A stretch of DNA of 63,359 bases, the filler included, from Bigelowiella natans CCMP2755 (Eukaryota > Protista > Cercozoa): assembly GCA_000320545.1 (NCBI GenBank). It is 9 parts of 9 records of this genome, joined end to end, with 100 filler letters (N's around TTAATTAATTAA, not from the genome) between each part and the next. Parts side by side here need not be neighbours in the genome. Positions count along the whole stretch, not along the records: positions 1 to 24,143 come from ADNK01002592.1; positions 24,244 to 33,497 come from ADNK01003371.1; 7 more parts are not named here. One strand, given 5' to 3'. Within the stretch, counting starts at the first letter, position 1. Each line of letters starts with the position of its first letter. A model generated the notes under the pieces. The model saw only the letters and a program-made list of their open reading frames with translations. It had not been told where the DNA came from and did not search any database. The position numbers were made by a program, and so were the translations under genes. This document shows, in pieces, positions 11,418 to 24,574 of this stretch.

Positions 11418-14400
11418 ATGTCAGAAAAGCAGATAGACTCCCTGCTGAAAAACTTCACCCTCAAGTACGATGGTAGCAACTACAAGCCCTACATGTACAA
11501 GCTAATGTCCGCCTTTGAAGCAGCGGATTTGGAATCATGCTTCAATGTCAACATAGAAACAGAAGGAAAGGTGACAGAAGTCAATGTACGCACCGACCCC
11601 GCTCACCGACGAGAAGTACTCAAGCTCTCTCAGGAGCAATTCGACATCCTCAACCCTAAACCCGAAGGAAGAGGATCACAAGAAAAGATAAACAAAAGAA
11701 AGAGAGGAAGATTCTTCCTCACTGCTACCCTTCCTGATAAATTCTTCGATCTACTCGAAGGAAAACCCAAAGACGTAGCAGTTACCTTAGCAGCCTTGCT
11801 GGAGAAGTACGAGCCTACCAATCCTGTAGCCGTCAGGAAACTTTATTCGAAGCTAAGTGATATAAACATGGGTCAGTACAATGGAGACTTCACGAAGTAT
11901 CATTCTGACCTTGACTCGACGATCAGAAGACTTCGAGCACAGCACGAAGGATACTCCGACAATCAAGCTCTTACCACTCTACTTCGAGGACTTGTACCTA
12001 GAGAAAAATACGAGACTATAGTAACAGTCATTAACAACAAGAAAGATGTTACCTTCGACTCTGCAGTGGACATGATCCGCTCCCACATGAACTCCCGATC
12101 GTTAGATGACGGGCAGAAACCTTCAAAGAAACATGCAGGACACACCAGTGCAGAACACAAATACGTGAAGATGTACGATGGCTTGGAGAAAAGGCTAAAT
12201 GAACTTACGGGTCAGCTGAAGACCTACAAGAGGAAATTCAACAAAGGAAAGAACAGATACAACAGCGAAGCATATCAAGACAATTCCAAGAAGCAAAAGA
12301 GAGAAGACTATTTCTTGAACTTAAAGAAAAGAACAAAATGCCATTACTGTGGCAAGAAAGGACATTGGGAAAAGGAATGCAGAAACAAGATGAGAGACGA
12401 AGGCAAGCAGAACAAAGGAAAACACTATTCTTTTATAGATCATGGCTCCCCTTCCCAAAGACCCTCTTACATTAATAAGATGGCACGCGACAATTCTTAC
12501 CTGCACACGCTGAAGTACAACCATAAGCCTTTGATCCTTCTCGACAGCGGAGCCAACAACCACTTCTTCTGCGACCGCGACTTCTTCAACGAGTTGAAAC
12601 CTATTCAACCACGATACATAGAAGTTGGCAAAGATGGGACAGGATTCTTTGTGGATTATGCAGGCGACGTCGAACTAACTACGAAAAACAAGCAAGGAAA
12701 GATGCATAAAATTGTTCTACAAGGAGCTTTGTACTCTGAAGAAGCTGCAGGCAATGTGATTTCTCTAAACAGACTAGTTAAGAGTGGCAGCGAGTACAAA
12801 GGAACAAAACAAGGAATAAGCATTACCGCCAACGGAGAGGAATACGCGTTCGGGGACTTTCAAGACGACGGCCTATTTTATTTGAGATATAAACAAATAA
12901 ACAAAAGTACAAAAACACAAAGATTTAAATCCTACCCAATGAAACAGCCATCTTCAATCAAGCACGCACATAACATCCTAGGGCACATCGCAGCGGATAA
13001 GATAAGAGACACCTATGCAGTTACAGAAGGTTTACCTTATTCCAAGACGATAAAAATACCAAAGAAGATCTTTTGCAAGGCCTGTGATGTAGCCAAAACA
13101 AAAAGATCTCCGATCTTTGATCCAAGCGCCCAAGAAAGGATGAAACAGCATCGGAATAAAGCAAAGATTGAGGACGATGCTGTCAAAAAGAAGCAAAAAT
13201 GTGTACCTGTTATCCACAAGAAAAACCGGATGTGGAATAGAATTCACTCTGATGTAAAGACCATGCCTAACAGCATGGATGGTTACAAGTATTTCGTAAT
13301 ATTCGTACATGAAGGAACAAGGTGGGTTACCTTGGAGCTCATGAGAAAGAAAAGCGAAGTTACGCAGAAAACCATACAGTTCCTAAAGCACATCAGAAAG
13401 CTTCCAGGTTGTGGAAGCATAGACGAATTCAGATCGGATGGTGGAGGTGAATATATGAGCGCAAAGCTACATAGCTGGCTCACCTCCGAAGGAATAAAAT
13501 GGGTTCCTAGCACCGCCCGAACACCTGAGCAAAATGGAATGTCCGAGCGTCACATACAGACTATCATGGCGAAAACAAGAGCTATGTTAGAACATGCACG
13601 CTTACCGGTCGGATACTGGTCCTACGCAGCTCAGACTGCAGCATATCTCCACAACGTCACCTCACATCGCAGCACACCTGGTAGAAAAACGCCTAAAGAA
13701 CTACTGCACCATGAGCAACCAAATCTAAAGAATCTAACTACCTGGGGATGCATCGGAGTAAACCACATCGACAAGGAACTCCGACCTGCAGGTGGTATGG
13801 GTGCTAGAGGTGAATACGTACGTATGTTGGGATATGACGATAGATTTGGTACTTTTCTCGTCGCCACGAAGACGCTGAAAATTAGAAGAGTCCGTGTAAC
13901 TAAATGGTACCACACAGTGTTTAAGTTTCCTTCGCTGAAGAGAAACAAAGTTAGTGATTCGGCTTTGGCGTACCTTTATCCAGAAGGTCCTGCCGACGCG
14001 GACGCCCCCGAACCATCCAGTGCAACTGACGAGTTGCCAGAGGATGGTGGGCCTGAAACAAAAGCAAAAAGTAAACCTCGAAGGTCGAATAGAGAAAATA
14101 GGGGAGTACCTGGTATTCGTTACGGAATACTTGGTAGCTATTACGACCGCCTGATGAACATAAAAGCTCCATCAGTACAAGAGATCGAGGACCTTCCTAA
14201 GACGTATGACGATGCAATCACAGGAGATGATAAGAAGCATTGGATACCTTCTACGGAAGAGGAACTGCACCAGCTTCGAAAACTTGGAACGTTTACGCTG
14301 GTAGTGCGACCTAAGGATACAAATTTAGTTACATCTAAATGGGTATTCAAGAAGAAAATAAATGTAGACTATACCATTCGGTATAAGTCAAGGCTGGTCG

Positions 14401-15860
14401 CGCGAGGGTTCACGCAGATCCCGGGAGAAGACTTCTTCTTCTCTTATTCCCCGACGTTGTCCCTAAATAGTTTTCGGATAATGTTAGCCATAGCATCTAT
14501 CCTCAAGCTAAAACTACACGGGATAGATATACTTACAGCTTTCCTAACTGGAAAGATGGACTGTAAAGTACACATGGAAATACCTAAAGGGTGGAAGCCG
14601 AAGACACCTGAGGAAATCCGGCTATACAACAGTGGCCTTCCACTAGCCCTACTGGTAAACAAAAGCATTTATGGGCTGACACAAGCAAGTGCAATATTCA
14701 GCCTTACCTTGCTCGAGCATCTCAACGCCATTGGCTTCGTCCAGCTTTATTCCGATCCTTGCCTAATGATAATGCACAGACAAGGAAGAATCATCATATT
14801 GTCATGTTTCGTGGATGACATATGCATAGCATATCAAGATAAGAGAGACCTGGACTTTGTCATGAAGCGAATAGGCGACAAGTTTGAGTTTCGCGATGAA
14901 GGCGAGCTAAAGAAAACACTGGGCATAAGAGTTGGTAGCGACAATGAGGGAAACTATTGGATATCGCAGGAAGACTACCTCACCAGACTCGCCCAGAAGT
15001 ATGATATCACGCCTACGAAAAGAGCAAAAACACCAATGATAACAGGATCGAAGTTAGACGAATACGAGGAGCATGATAAGGTGGATCAAAAGGCATACAG
15101 ATCCATCATAGGAGCTGCAATGTATGCAGCTGTGGCTACTAGACCAGACATATGCTACACTCTATCTCGTCTAGCTTCCTACAGTCAAGATCCTAGAACT
15201 ATACACTACATCGCTGCAGTACGCTTACTGCAGTATCTGGTCAATACAAAGGATAAAAGAATTACCTTTAAAGCAGCGTCCAAACCTGAGCTTAAAGCTT
15301 ACGTCGATGCCTCCTGGAAAACCTGCAAGAAAACGGGTAAATCATACTCAGGATATTTCATATCGCTAAGCAACGCACCTGTTGTCTGGAAGAGCAACAA
15401 GCAAAAGGTCGTTGCTATGTCCAGTGGCGAGGCTGAGTACATAGCACTATCAGATATATGCAGAGAGTTAGTGTATGTCACTCAGTTACTACAGGAGTTA
15501 AAGATGAAGATACCGAAACCTGTACCTGTGTATTGTGACTCTCAAGCAGCTATCTCCATTGCAGCCAAGCCTGGATTCACACAAAAAGGCAAGAACATAA
15601 GGATAGAATATCACAATGTTCGTGATAACTATCAAACTAAGCAGATCTGCATAAACAAAATACCTGGGGAGGACAATCCCGCTGATATACTTACTAAGGC
15701 TCTACCAGGACCTAGCAACAAGAAACACTGTGATTTCTTGTTCCCTATATCATACAGAGAAAAACTAACCATCATGCTACAAGGCACCAGAAAAAGAAAA
15801 ATAACTACAAAGACTCTACCTTACAAGCTCCCTCGCCTTGTCGGCCCCACGTCCGCTTAG
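11418..15860 (+). CDS. Copia Gag-Pol polyprotein (Gag-PR-IN-RT-RH), 1480 aa
   Basis: Zn knuckle CHYCGKKGHWEKEC; protease LLDSGANNH; IN H..H/C..C, IHSDV, RSDGGGEY, QNGMSER; RT KSRLVARGFTQ, KSIYGL, FVDD; RNase H YVDASW, SSGEAEY, CDSQAAI, NPADILTKAL; copia domain order. Confidence 0.98.
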   Translation: MSEKQIDSLLKNFTLKYDGSNYKPYMYKLMSAFEAADLESCFNVNIETEGKVTEVNVRTDPAHRREVLKLSQEQFDILNPKPEGRGSQEKINKRKRGRFFLTATLPDKFFDLLEGKPKDVAVTLAALLEKYEPTNPVAVRKLYSKLSDINMGQYNGDFTKYHSDLDSTIRRLRAQHEGYSDNQALTTLLRGLVPREKYETIVTVINNKKDVTFDSAVDMIRSHMNSRSLDDGQKPSKKHAGHTSAEHKYVKMYDGLEKRLNELTGQLKTYKRKFNKGKNRYNSEAYQDNSKKQKREDYFLNLKKRTKCHYCGKKGHWEKECRNKMRDEGKQNKGKHYSFIDHGSPSQRPSYINKMARDNSYLHTLKYNHKPLILLDSGANNHFFCDRDFFNELKPIQPRYIEVGKDGTGFFVDYAGDVELTTKNKQGKMHKIVLQGALYSEEAAGNVISLNRLVKSGSEYKGTKQGISITANGEEYAFGDFQDDGLFYLRYKQINKSTKTQRFKSYPMKQPSSIKHAHNILGHIAADKIRDTYAVTEGLPYSKTIKIPKKIFCKACDVAKTKRSPIFDPSAQERMKQHRNKAKIEDDAVKKKQKCVPVIHKKNRMWNRIHSDVKTMPNSMDGYKYFVIFVHEGTRWVTLELMRKKSEVTQKTIQFLKHIRKLPGCGSIDEFRSDGGGEYMSAKLHSWLTSEGIKWVPSTARTPEQNGMSERHIQTIMAKTRAMLEHARLPVGYWSYAAQTAAYLHNVTSHRSTPGRKTPKELLHHEQPNLKNLTTWGCIGVNHIDKELRPAGGMGARGEYVRMLGYDDRFGTFLVATKTLKIRRVRVTKWYHTVFKFPSLKRNKVSDSALAYLYPEGPADADAPEPSSATDELPEDGGPETKAKSKPRRSNRENRGVPGIRYGILGSYYDRLMNIKAPSVQEIEDLPKTYDDAITGDDKKHWIPSTEEELHQLRKLGTFTLVVRPKDTNLVTSKWVFKKKINVDYTIRYKSRLVARGFTQIPGEDFFFSYSPTLSLNSFRIMLAIASILKLKLHGIDILTAFLTGKMDCKVHMEIPKGWKPKTPEEIRLYNSGLPLALLVNKSIYGLTQASAIFSLTLLEHLNAIGFVQLYSDPCLMIMHRQGRIIILSCFVDDICIAYQDKRDLDFVMKRIGDKFEFRDEGELKKTLGIRVGSDNEGNYWISQEDYLTRLAQKYDITPTKRAKTPMITGSKLDEYEEHDKVDQKAYRSIIGAAMYAAVATRPDICYTLSRLASYSQDPRTIHYIAAVRLLQYLVNTKDKRITFKAASKPELKAYVDASWKTCKKTGKSYSGYFISLSNAPVVWKSNKQKVVAMSSGEAEYIALSDICRELVYVTQLLQELKMKIPKPVPVYCDSQAAISIAAKPGFTQKGKNIRIEYHNVRDNYQTKQICINKIPGEDNPADILTKALPGPSNKKHCDFLFPISYREKLTIMLQGTRKRKITTKTLPYKLPRLVGPTSA

Positions 15861-17615
15861 TCGCCCTATGAAAGCCCCACGTCCATTTAGAAACCTACAA
15901 CATATAAACATATAGGCTGCAAGGTTTTAATGGCACACATCTTTGTATGTGTGTACCTTTCCTTGCGTATCTTGCTATGGACTATATGCACAGTGTCTTC
16001 CAGACACTCTCGCTATCATGGGGGCGAATGTAGAATACGCTATAGATTTCTATATGATTGCACAGTGTCTTCCAGACACTGCACAATCATGGGGGCGGAT
16101 ATAATAATGAAGACGAGATACCTAGTGTATAACAAATACGAAGTCAAATATAAGGAGAGAACATGCAAAAGCTGTATACTACAAGATACCTACGAAGTTA
16201 ACAAAAGGAAAAACGATCGCCTGGAGATCCACACAATTATCGGTATTATATTGGAAGTGGCGAGGCATCTGCTGTGGCTCCTATGTACAATGGCCACAAT
16301 AAAGAAATGCAGAGACCGCAACAAAGCAGCATGGGTAATATAGCGATTTCTAAGGCACGTGAACTTGAGTCTCCATACAGGGTTAACGGATCGTCCACAG
16401 CATGACTACCAAGGAGGGCCTATTCACAAAGACAACCAAATAGTTACGCAGAGAAATGGCTATCACAGATCCAGGCCGGTCGAAGCGGTGAATATTCATT
16501 ATGAGGAAGTTAGCGCCCCTTATGGTGCTCAGTGATGACTCATTATTATATAAATAATTCAATAACCGTCGTTATAGCTTTCCGGTAAGAGAATCCTCGC
16601 TCCCCCCTTCATGGAAGCAGGCAGAAGGGGAATCTATCACAATGAGGGTTCTGGCACAAAAGGTTATCATGGCAAGGACACCGATAGATCGAAATTGGCC
16701 GCACCTTATGAGACAAAATCGCGCCTACAGGGCGAAGCATACTTGGGGTCGAACGTTCGGGACCAGGCAAGAGCAGCGGTCCCTCAACAAAGCTTTGAGG
16801 GGGCTCCTCCACCCCCCCTTCCTCGTCATATCACTAACGAAACAGCTAGTATTAGCTTAGTCTCACAAAAACGCAGCAACAATCTGGAATCTTTCTGGAA
16901 CTTTCATGGGCATCAGAAACAACCCTTCAAAGTAGACCGCCGTAGCCATCACAACGCAAACAGCAGCAGCAGTAGTGACAGTGTAAGTGACAGAGATGGC
17001 ATCAAACAGCAACGATCAAACCAGAAGGGTCGTGCTGCTCGTACTGCTGATGACGAAAAACAGAAGAAGAAGAAGAAGGAGGAAAGGACTACTTGCACTA
17101 CCCACCTGTCTACCTACCTACCGAGCCTTGGTCAACACCGCATGTGGGTGCAGGTGACGAACGTAGGGCATTCCGGAATTTTTCTGGAATCTTTCTGGAA
17201 GTGCCCAGGGGATTCCAGAATTTTTTCTGGAAGTGCACCAGTGTCGCAGAAAAATTCTTTTCTGGAAGCACACTGGTGTCGTTCAAAAAAAATTAATTTT
17301 TTGGACAAGTCCCAGTTCGTACCGAAATGGTGGCACCTTGCCCAGTCAGGCAAGAATTTTTCCTGCCGATTTCGGAGTGCACCATGCCCATGGCACCTTG
17401 CCCAGTTGCAAGCCTGGGAATTTTGTGCCTCTGCACAGAGTTTTTGGGCGTCTGGTGGTGCGATGTTTGGTCGGCAAAACATTGCCAACCATTCGGACTC
17501 CGAAACCTTTGGGAATGGCGTCCATGTGCAGCACCGTGCAAAAGTTCTGTCACCATGGCAGAAATGGCACGTGCACATCAGCACTCTGATCGTGGTCACC
17601 ACGTCCATGGGGGCG

Positions 17616-17973
17616 TGTCAGCGGTCTGGCCGCGCCACCCACGATCAAGGAGCTGTCGCAGCATGCGCACGTCCACTCGTGCTGCACGCTGCGCTGCGCA
17701 CATGCGCATGGAAGTTCTCAGAACTTCCAGAATCTTCGAGAACATTCCGGAAGCTTCGAGAACCTTCCAGAAACACTCGAGAGAATTCGAGAGAATTCTG
17801 GAAGATTCGAGAATCTTCGCGAATGCGCCGGAACCCAATGCGCACATGCGTGCAGCGCAAGTCACAAGTCATCATAAGAATCCAAAAGCACACGAGACCG
17901 CGTGTTGACTTTCCAACATCAACAGCACAGTCCCGCGCACAAAAGCCAAACAGCTACCGCTAGTCCGCTAAAA
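17616..17973 (+). repeat. 3' LTR of copia element (same HSE array at 17725-17823)
   Basis: Direct repeat of the 5' LTR, followed by the TSD CAGAT. Confidence 0.95.
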
Positions 17974-19657
17974 CAGATGTTCTCTGAGACACATGTGGCT
18001 ACTTCCACGTGCAACACGCACACATTTGGGCTCTTGGGTCCTCAAAGTTGCCGAGTGCACTCCAACCCAGCAACCCTTCCAGACTTGCTAGCTTGGGGAT
18101 CGAAGGCACAAGAAGAAGAATTGAAAAATTGATGAAGACACGTGTGTGAATGAATCCAAGGGCCGCATCACGGAGTTCGCTGACCAAGTGACAAAGAAGA
18201 GAAAGGAGGAGAGGAAAGTGTGCGATGTGATTGTGACATGCCAGCATGATTCGATCAAGCACTGCACGCGCGAGAACACCCTGCTGGCATGTGAGGCAAG
18301 GGTTTTGCAGCAGCGAACGAACAGCGGAGATTTCCCATGCGCGACAACAAAAATGACGACATTGAAGTAAGAACAACAACAACCTGTTGTCTGAAAAATC
18401 CATAAGTATCTGCTGCCGAGGGAGGAGGGAGGGGAAAAAGGCCTCTCCAAATCAAGGACAATGGGACAGAGACCGTCCTCTAGGAGGCCAGATGCTGCAA
18501 CCATTGTCACCGTAAGTGAGCAACATAGTCATGAATTGAGGAAACGGTGATGATAGTGGTGGGATGACTGCTTTAGAATCTCCGTCCGCGACCGAGCTCA
18601 GCAGGGGATTTCACAGGAATATCCTCCTCAATGTATGTTCAACTCTCCCCCGGCGTTAAAATTTTCAATGTGACACATTTCTCGTAATTTCAGGTTTGCA
18701 GGTGCAGGTGGTGCTGCTGCCGTAGTTGCTTCCGGGGTAAGTCATCCCACAGCATGTGTGATATGACATCATCACTTGCCAAACAGCTGTCCTTAAGAAG
18801 ACTCGAGGTTGACTTCATGAACATCCAAATTACCCAGATAATCGCGCAGCAGGCCGAAAGCAAGAATGAGAATGAGGTCTACCATTGTACTACTAGTTTC
18901 CTTCTCATGCATTTCACTTCCTTCTAACATTTCGTCGACCACCATCCGAAAGGTCCCGGAAGAGCTCCGAACGCCGTTAGGCACTGCAGGTATTACTTCT
19001 TCACAGCATGTGTAACGATTGATTCCAGCAAAAATGAGTAAATCATGGAATTCTCTTTCTTCAGGGTGTCCAGAACATTTAAAAAACCGTCGAGGCGTGC
19101 ACAGAGACTGTGAAAGATGCTGGTAATGGTGAATACGTCGAATCCTAACTGAACATGCATGTAATCTAAATTGTTAAAACTCGTCATTTATGATTTAATG
19201 CCTATTCTCTACATCTATCTATCGATAGGGCATCTCAAATGGAAGAATTTCTGTCTTATTCTGTGCAAATGGGGTACATCCCCTACCTGAAGGTGAATGG
19301 AGTGTACTTGCGTGTATTTGTCTCGTGGTTCACACTACTAACCCCAGCTATTGATTCTTATCACTCTGGCAAAAGCCATATCTGATACGGTTCTCCTTGA
19401 TTCTTATTTATACTACAAAAGCTCGGGGCAGGCGGCGGGGCATTCATGGTATTTCGCGCAAAAACGCAAATAAAACGAGTGTATGATTCATTACTATTCG
19501 TACGTATTTATAATACACGAGGCTTCCTACCACTCATGGTTTTATATAAGTGTTGCTTATTTAGTGATAGATATATTGCATAGTTGTCCGCTCCATCGAT
19601 ACAGTCACAGCACACACATCGCTGCCGCATTCAGATTCCTATGACTTCTTCTTCGAT

Positions 19658-19702
<45 letters not shown>

Positions 19703-19871
19703 AACAACAACAATAAAAACAACTACCAGGTCGGAAATGATCCACGAGAAGAGCAATCACGGGTTACCCTATGCGATAGCAGGCTATGGGTCAGCTTAAT
19801 GGAGGTATTTAAATGCATACATACACAATACCCCGCCCCTCTTTCTGTCTCTCTCTCTTTATCTCGCTCTA

Positions 19872-19909
<38 letters not shown>

Positions 19910-21132
19910 ACTGTGGAGAAGCTACGTTGACAACGCCATCAATATCACCAGACGCGCGTAGTGTATCCCGAGAATATGTCGACATCATCGCCTCCAAAGC
20001 CGCCAAAACGGGCTCCTAAGATTCAAGTGGCCCTCCATCCACCAAGGAACAGCACGAACGAAGCTGCTGGAAAAGAAGAAGATGAAGAAGAAGAACAAGA
20101 GGCAAAGTCCAAAGTGCTAGCGGAGGAGGAGAAGAAGAAAGGAGACAAAGAAGTGAAAGAAAGAGATGCAAAAAATAATAGGAGCGGTAGCGCAGAGGCA
20201 GCAGGAGAGAAGTACCTTCCTTTAACATGTCCTCCTCGAATTGGAACTCGAGTGATTCACATCCTGGAGGGTGCTGCTACAGCGGGGCCCTGCCGGTCGC
20301 CCTCACAACAACTACCTTCAGATATAATCAGATTTTTATAAGATTCGTATTGCATCATGCGATAGAGAATCGTGTGATTGATCATCACTGGCCCCTATTC
20401 AATTATCGAGCTTGCCTTGTTGTTTTAGCACTAAAGATGCGAATGGTGTTGACAATGATGTTGACAACGATGGGAAAAGTAATAGATAGGATATTCTTCG
20501 CACGCGTAGGTATGGAACAGTCGTGGACAGGCATAAGGACGCTCCACACCCAGGCGACGTAAGCTGAGCGGCAACTGCACCTAAATGAAGCTTTATGCAC
20601 ACAAACGACGACGATGTGGAAAAAAAAAAAAAAAAAAGCAAGAGGAGAAGAGTTTAAAAAAATGTCGATAAATGCTCTTACTCTTGCTCTTTGCTCCTCT
20701 CTACTCTTCTTCTTCCTCCTCCTCCTCCTCCTCATGGATGGACGCATTGACGAATAAATTAGAGTCTCATGGCCGAATACACAAAGGCACAAGGAGTAGA
20801 TATGGTTGTGCTACCCAAAGAGAGAAAGAAGGGTGATGGGAACAAAGATGGTGGTGATGAGAAAGATACAGCAACTTCTGGTAGCCCAAGCCTACAACCT
20901 CCGCCACCACGCTCAAGGTTGTGAAAGCAATGATTCCTTTGTCACCGTTTGCTTTTATAATGCATTCTTCTTGTGATTTTCCATTCGTTCTTCGGCCGTG
21001 GACGTTGTGCTGCTTAATACAGCAGCAGGCTGTCGGCCTGGGAAGCACTTAGGTTCGCAATTGAAAACAACCCGCGTGCATTGAGGTAGACACTAAATCG
21101 TAAAAAGAGAGAGAGTCTGGGGGGGGGGGGGG

Positions 21133-21176
<44 letters not shown>

Positions 21177-23065
21177 GAGTTTTGCATTTTCTTTTCTATG
21201 AATTTCATTTAAATAAATTTCCTTGCCTGATGTATTTTCGTTGACCTTGCGGTGCAGAAACACCACGAGGAAAGAGAAGAAAAAGCGTAAGAAGAAGAAG
21301 ACCCTTCCTCCCCCTGATCGAAGGTGGTGATAATCCTCAGATGTTGTGTGCTGTATAATCTAGCTCATAATGCTCTTTGATGAACTTTCTCAACTACTCG
21401 TGCAAGATTACACGTCGCATAAATTTATCGTCTCTTCCCCCCCCTCCTTCGTCTCTCCTCCTCGTCTACAGATGCTATGTAATCTGGGATGGACCAAATA
21501 AGAAGAAATACTGTGTAAGATGAATAATCTACTTGAGCAAGAACAATTAGATCATGTTTCATGCGGATGAGGAGTTGTGAGCGTACGGGGAGACATGGCA
21601 GCTTCTTCATCATGATCACCATGATGCATACATCTATCACAATGACCATGATCTCAGATTGACATATCCGAGCTTGCACTGGCTTGGAGACCTGCTGCAC
21701 GACTTGCGGAGCCTACTGATGATGAGATATCAGGTGGTGGCTTTATGAACGATAGTGGGAGAAGATATTATTGCTCTGATGAAGATGATCATGATGAAGA
21801 TGATGATGACGACGTTACGATGATTTGCGGATTTAAATCAGGCAAAGGACTCCAACCCCTGGCACTTGCCACAGCTGGTAGAAGCCAGCCCCTTTTCTTC
21901 TTCTTCTTCTTTTCTTCTTCTTCTTCTTCTTCTTCTTCCTTCCCCGAATATGATGATGCGTTGTGCAAGTTGTGTGAGGTATGTCACAAGGTGAGAGGGG
22001 CGCGCAAAGTTATCACAATTTACGTATAATATTTACATATTTATTGTTTGCCGCACCCTTTAGGAAAGCGCGACGGGAAGAAGATTGATGGGATTATCGT
22101 ACATTCAGCACCCGAGCCAGAAGTGGGGGGAGGTAGTAGTAGTAGTTGTAGTTGTAGTAGTCTATTAGAATGTTGTTGCTGCTGTTGAAATTTGATGGCT
22201 TGTCTTCGCCTCGCCTCCTCTCTATACTGCTGCAATTCAAGTGCTGGTTTTCGTGGAGGTGTTATGGAATGTTTTTCTCCTTGTACAGCATCATCATCAC
22301 GATCATCATTAACATCGTTGTCGCCACGGATTGGTAATATTTGTCTGTACAGGATTGGGGCTAGTGACTGCAAAATGGAAGGCAGGTATACATCGATAAC
22401 ATATCTTATACGTGTACTACGCATTACTGTTCCCTTCGGAAAGAAATGCAATAGCCCACCGAGAAACAGTGTCCTAATGCTGCTGAATCTCCATTGTTTT
22501 GTGTGCGTGTGTGCGTGTGTGCGTGTGTGCATGCATACAGGGGCGCACTTTTGCGATTGGCGACTGAGCGACAGCCGTGATCCTAAGAGTAGCGTAATCG
22601 AAGTCTCTTTAACATGGAACCGTCTCAGCCCTATCAGAGGTAGCTACCCGTCGTGTTAGTAGTGTTGGCAGATGCAGTAGTAGTAGTAGTAGTAGTAGCA
22701 GTAGTAATAATTGTAGTAGTAGCAAGTGATGAGCATCTCGCAGTAGACAATTAGTTGTTGTTGATGATGATGAGGATGGTACATATACTTCTTCTATTGT
22801 TGTTTTCATATACAACTGCTTGCACATCGATGATTGTTGGACAAAACGACAAGAATCGACGGCAGCTGCTGCTGCGATCTTACATATATAAATGCTTCTG
22901 GAAACAACGCTATTATTCGGTCAAAAGAACCGCCAATAACGGCGCTGCCGTTGCACGCAATAGTATATTAGCATTTCACAACCGAATTAGTGTCGTTATG
23001 ATAGAACTCACCTCCTTGTCATCATCACCATCATCATCATCATCATCGTCATCGTTTGAATGAAG

Positions 23066-23490
23066 GTGGAAAGGGCTCTCGAAGTTTCCCGTACACAGGG
23101 CGCTTTGAAGTGACGCTCGATTCAGATCTTATACCAGCCAATAGCATCAGCGATAGATGGTACAAGCTGCAGCATACGCCTACAGATCATGCTGATGACG
23201 ATAACAACGACGACGTGCAGGGAGAAGGCAAAACGACGAAAAAGGGCAGAGGAAACAAGAAGAAGAATAAGAAGGGCCATGGCGTTGTTGAATACCCCGA
23301 CGTTTGGATTCGTGCTCGAGTCGCTTACTCAGCCTTGCCCCCCCTCCGCACATGTTGCGTGTGCTACGATGATTTTCGCACGGATTCGCCAGGGTGGGTG
23401 GGTGCGCCGAATTGTGCGGCCAAACATAACAGTGTAGAAAGCATAGGGGAAGGCACACTCACGCACCACACTCATAACCACACGCACACA

Positions 23491-23534
<44 letters not shown>

Positions 23535-23969
23535 TAACTCATGTTTTTAAAATCAATCGAAACCATTAGGTACGTGTGCCCAGCGGATCCCGAGCACACG
23601 CAATGCCAATCCTGCTTTCGTAACTTTATACGGGTGAGGGCTCTCTCTCCGCCTCCTCCTCCCTCCCCTCCTCTCCTCACACTCCTCAAACATTTACACT
23701 CTCCTCTAATTATCAGTATTTGTTTAATTTTTGAAGCTATTCGTTGCAGGTGTCCTGCGAACAATATATGCTGGGAAAACTTCCGGTGAGTACAAGGAAA
23801 AGGGAGGGAGCGAAAAGAGAGGGGGGGGGGGGGGGGGAGACAGAAAGATAACTACTCCTCTTTAAGGTCAAATGCCCGATGTGTAAGACGCTGGTGGCGG
23901 AGCAGCGCATCCACGAGCTCCTCCCCCCCAAGCAATGGGAACGCTACGTCCTGACATCGATCTCTGCTG
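23066..23969 (+). CDS. RING-finger (RBR RING1-like) protein with a preceding C2-like segment; partial
   Basis: Exons: ...DRWYKL...WIRARVAY then TCCVCYDD, CPADPEHTQCQSCFRNFI, VKCPMC...IHELLPPKQWERYV. Upstream exons from about 19976 may belong to the same gene; truncated by the gap. Confidence 0.6.
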
Positions 23970-24143
23970 GTAGGTAGATAGGTGGGTAGTAGCATGGGTG
24001 GTATTATTCAGCATTTCCTAGCACTGGATGGGTTTCTTTGTGTTATTTGGTAGCAAGAGTAGAAATCTAATATATGATGACTTTCGAGCACTCTTGTGCA
24101 AAGCTAATGAATGACGGCGAGAGTTACTTTACGTACCTCTTCC

Positions 24144-24243
24144 NNNNNNNNNNNNNNNNNNNNNNNNNNNNNNNNNNNNNNNNNNNNTTAATTAATTAAN
24201 NNNNNNNNNNNNNNNNNNNNNNNNNNNNNNNNNNNNNNNNNNN
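24144..24243. other. Artificial contig linker (N44-TTAATTAATTAA-N44); also at 33498, 36609, 40554, 52183, 55070, 56476, 61450
   Basis: Identical 100-nt spacer with a six-frame-stop palindrome, eight copies. Confidence 0.98.
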
Positions 24244-24270
24244 ACCGCCCCCCCCCCTACACACACGCAT

Positions 24271-24308
<38 letters not shown>

Positions 24309-24331
24309 TAATCATATATATATATTCCTAG

Positions 24332-24574
24332 GTCGCCCAGCTCCCCGTGATTCTCTTCCCCTGCGACTTTGGCATAGAGGGGGGACGCGGCGTGGCCATC
24401 CGCACCTTCATCACGAATGACTTCATGACTGGGGTTCCAGCCCGCCCCGGCAAACACCTCCCGGAAAGCGTTCTGAACACGATGAACGCGAAGATCCTTA
24501 AGAACGTCAAGGGCGTGTCTCGCGTGTGCTACGATCTCACATCGAAGCCCCCAGCGACTACTGAGTGGGAATAA
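24332..24574 (+). CDS. GMPS: GMP synthase, 3' terminal exon
   Basis: [14 protein letters not shown] and the diagnostic C-terminus [20 protein letters not shown]-stop. Confidence 0.93.
   Translation, partial: VAQLPVILFPCDFGIEGGRGVAIRTFITNDFMTGVPARPGKHLPESVLNTMNAKILKNVKGVSRVCYDLTSKPPATTEWE

Larger units (their letters stand above)
10874..17973 (+). mobile_element. Full-length Ty1/copia LTR retrotransposon, recent insertion
   Basis: 358-bp LTRs (10874-11231, 17616-17973) differing at 2 positions; 5-bp TSD CAGAT (10869-10873, 17974-17978); PBS at 11232; purine tract ATGGGGGCG before the 3' LTR; single intact gag-pol ORF. Confidence 0.97.

Noticed and set aside
16611-17963. 450-aa ORF as an env-like or extra copia gene
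   Set aside because: No TM or recognisable domain, and it runs through the LTR. TA-poor DNA lacks TAA/TAG, so long overlapping ORFs arise in all frames.
24188-24199. Recurring TTAATTAATTAA palindrome
   Set aside because: Always centred in N runs: an artificial scaffolding linker, not biology.
23969-24332. RING-GMP synthase fusion
   Set aside because: The two parts are on different contigs separated by a linker.
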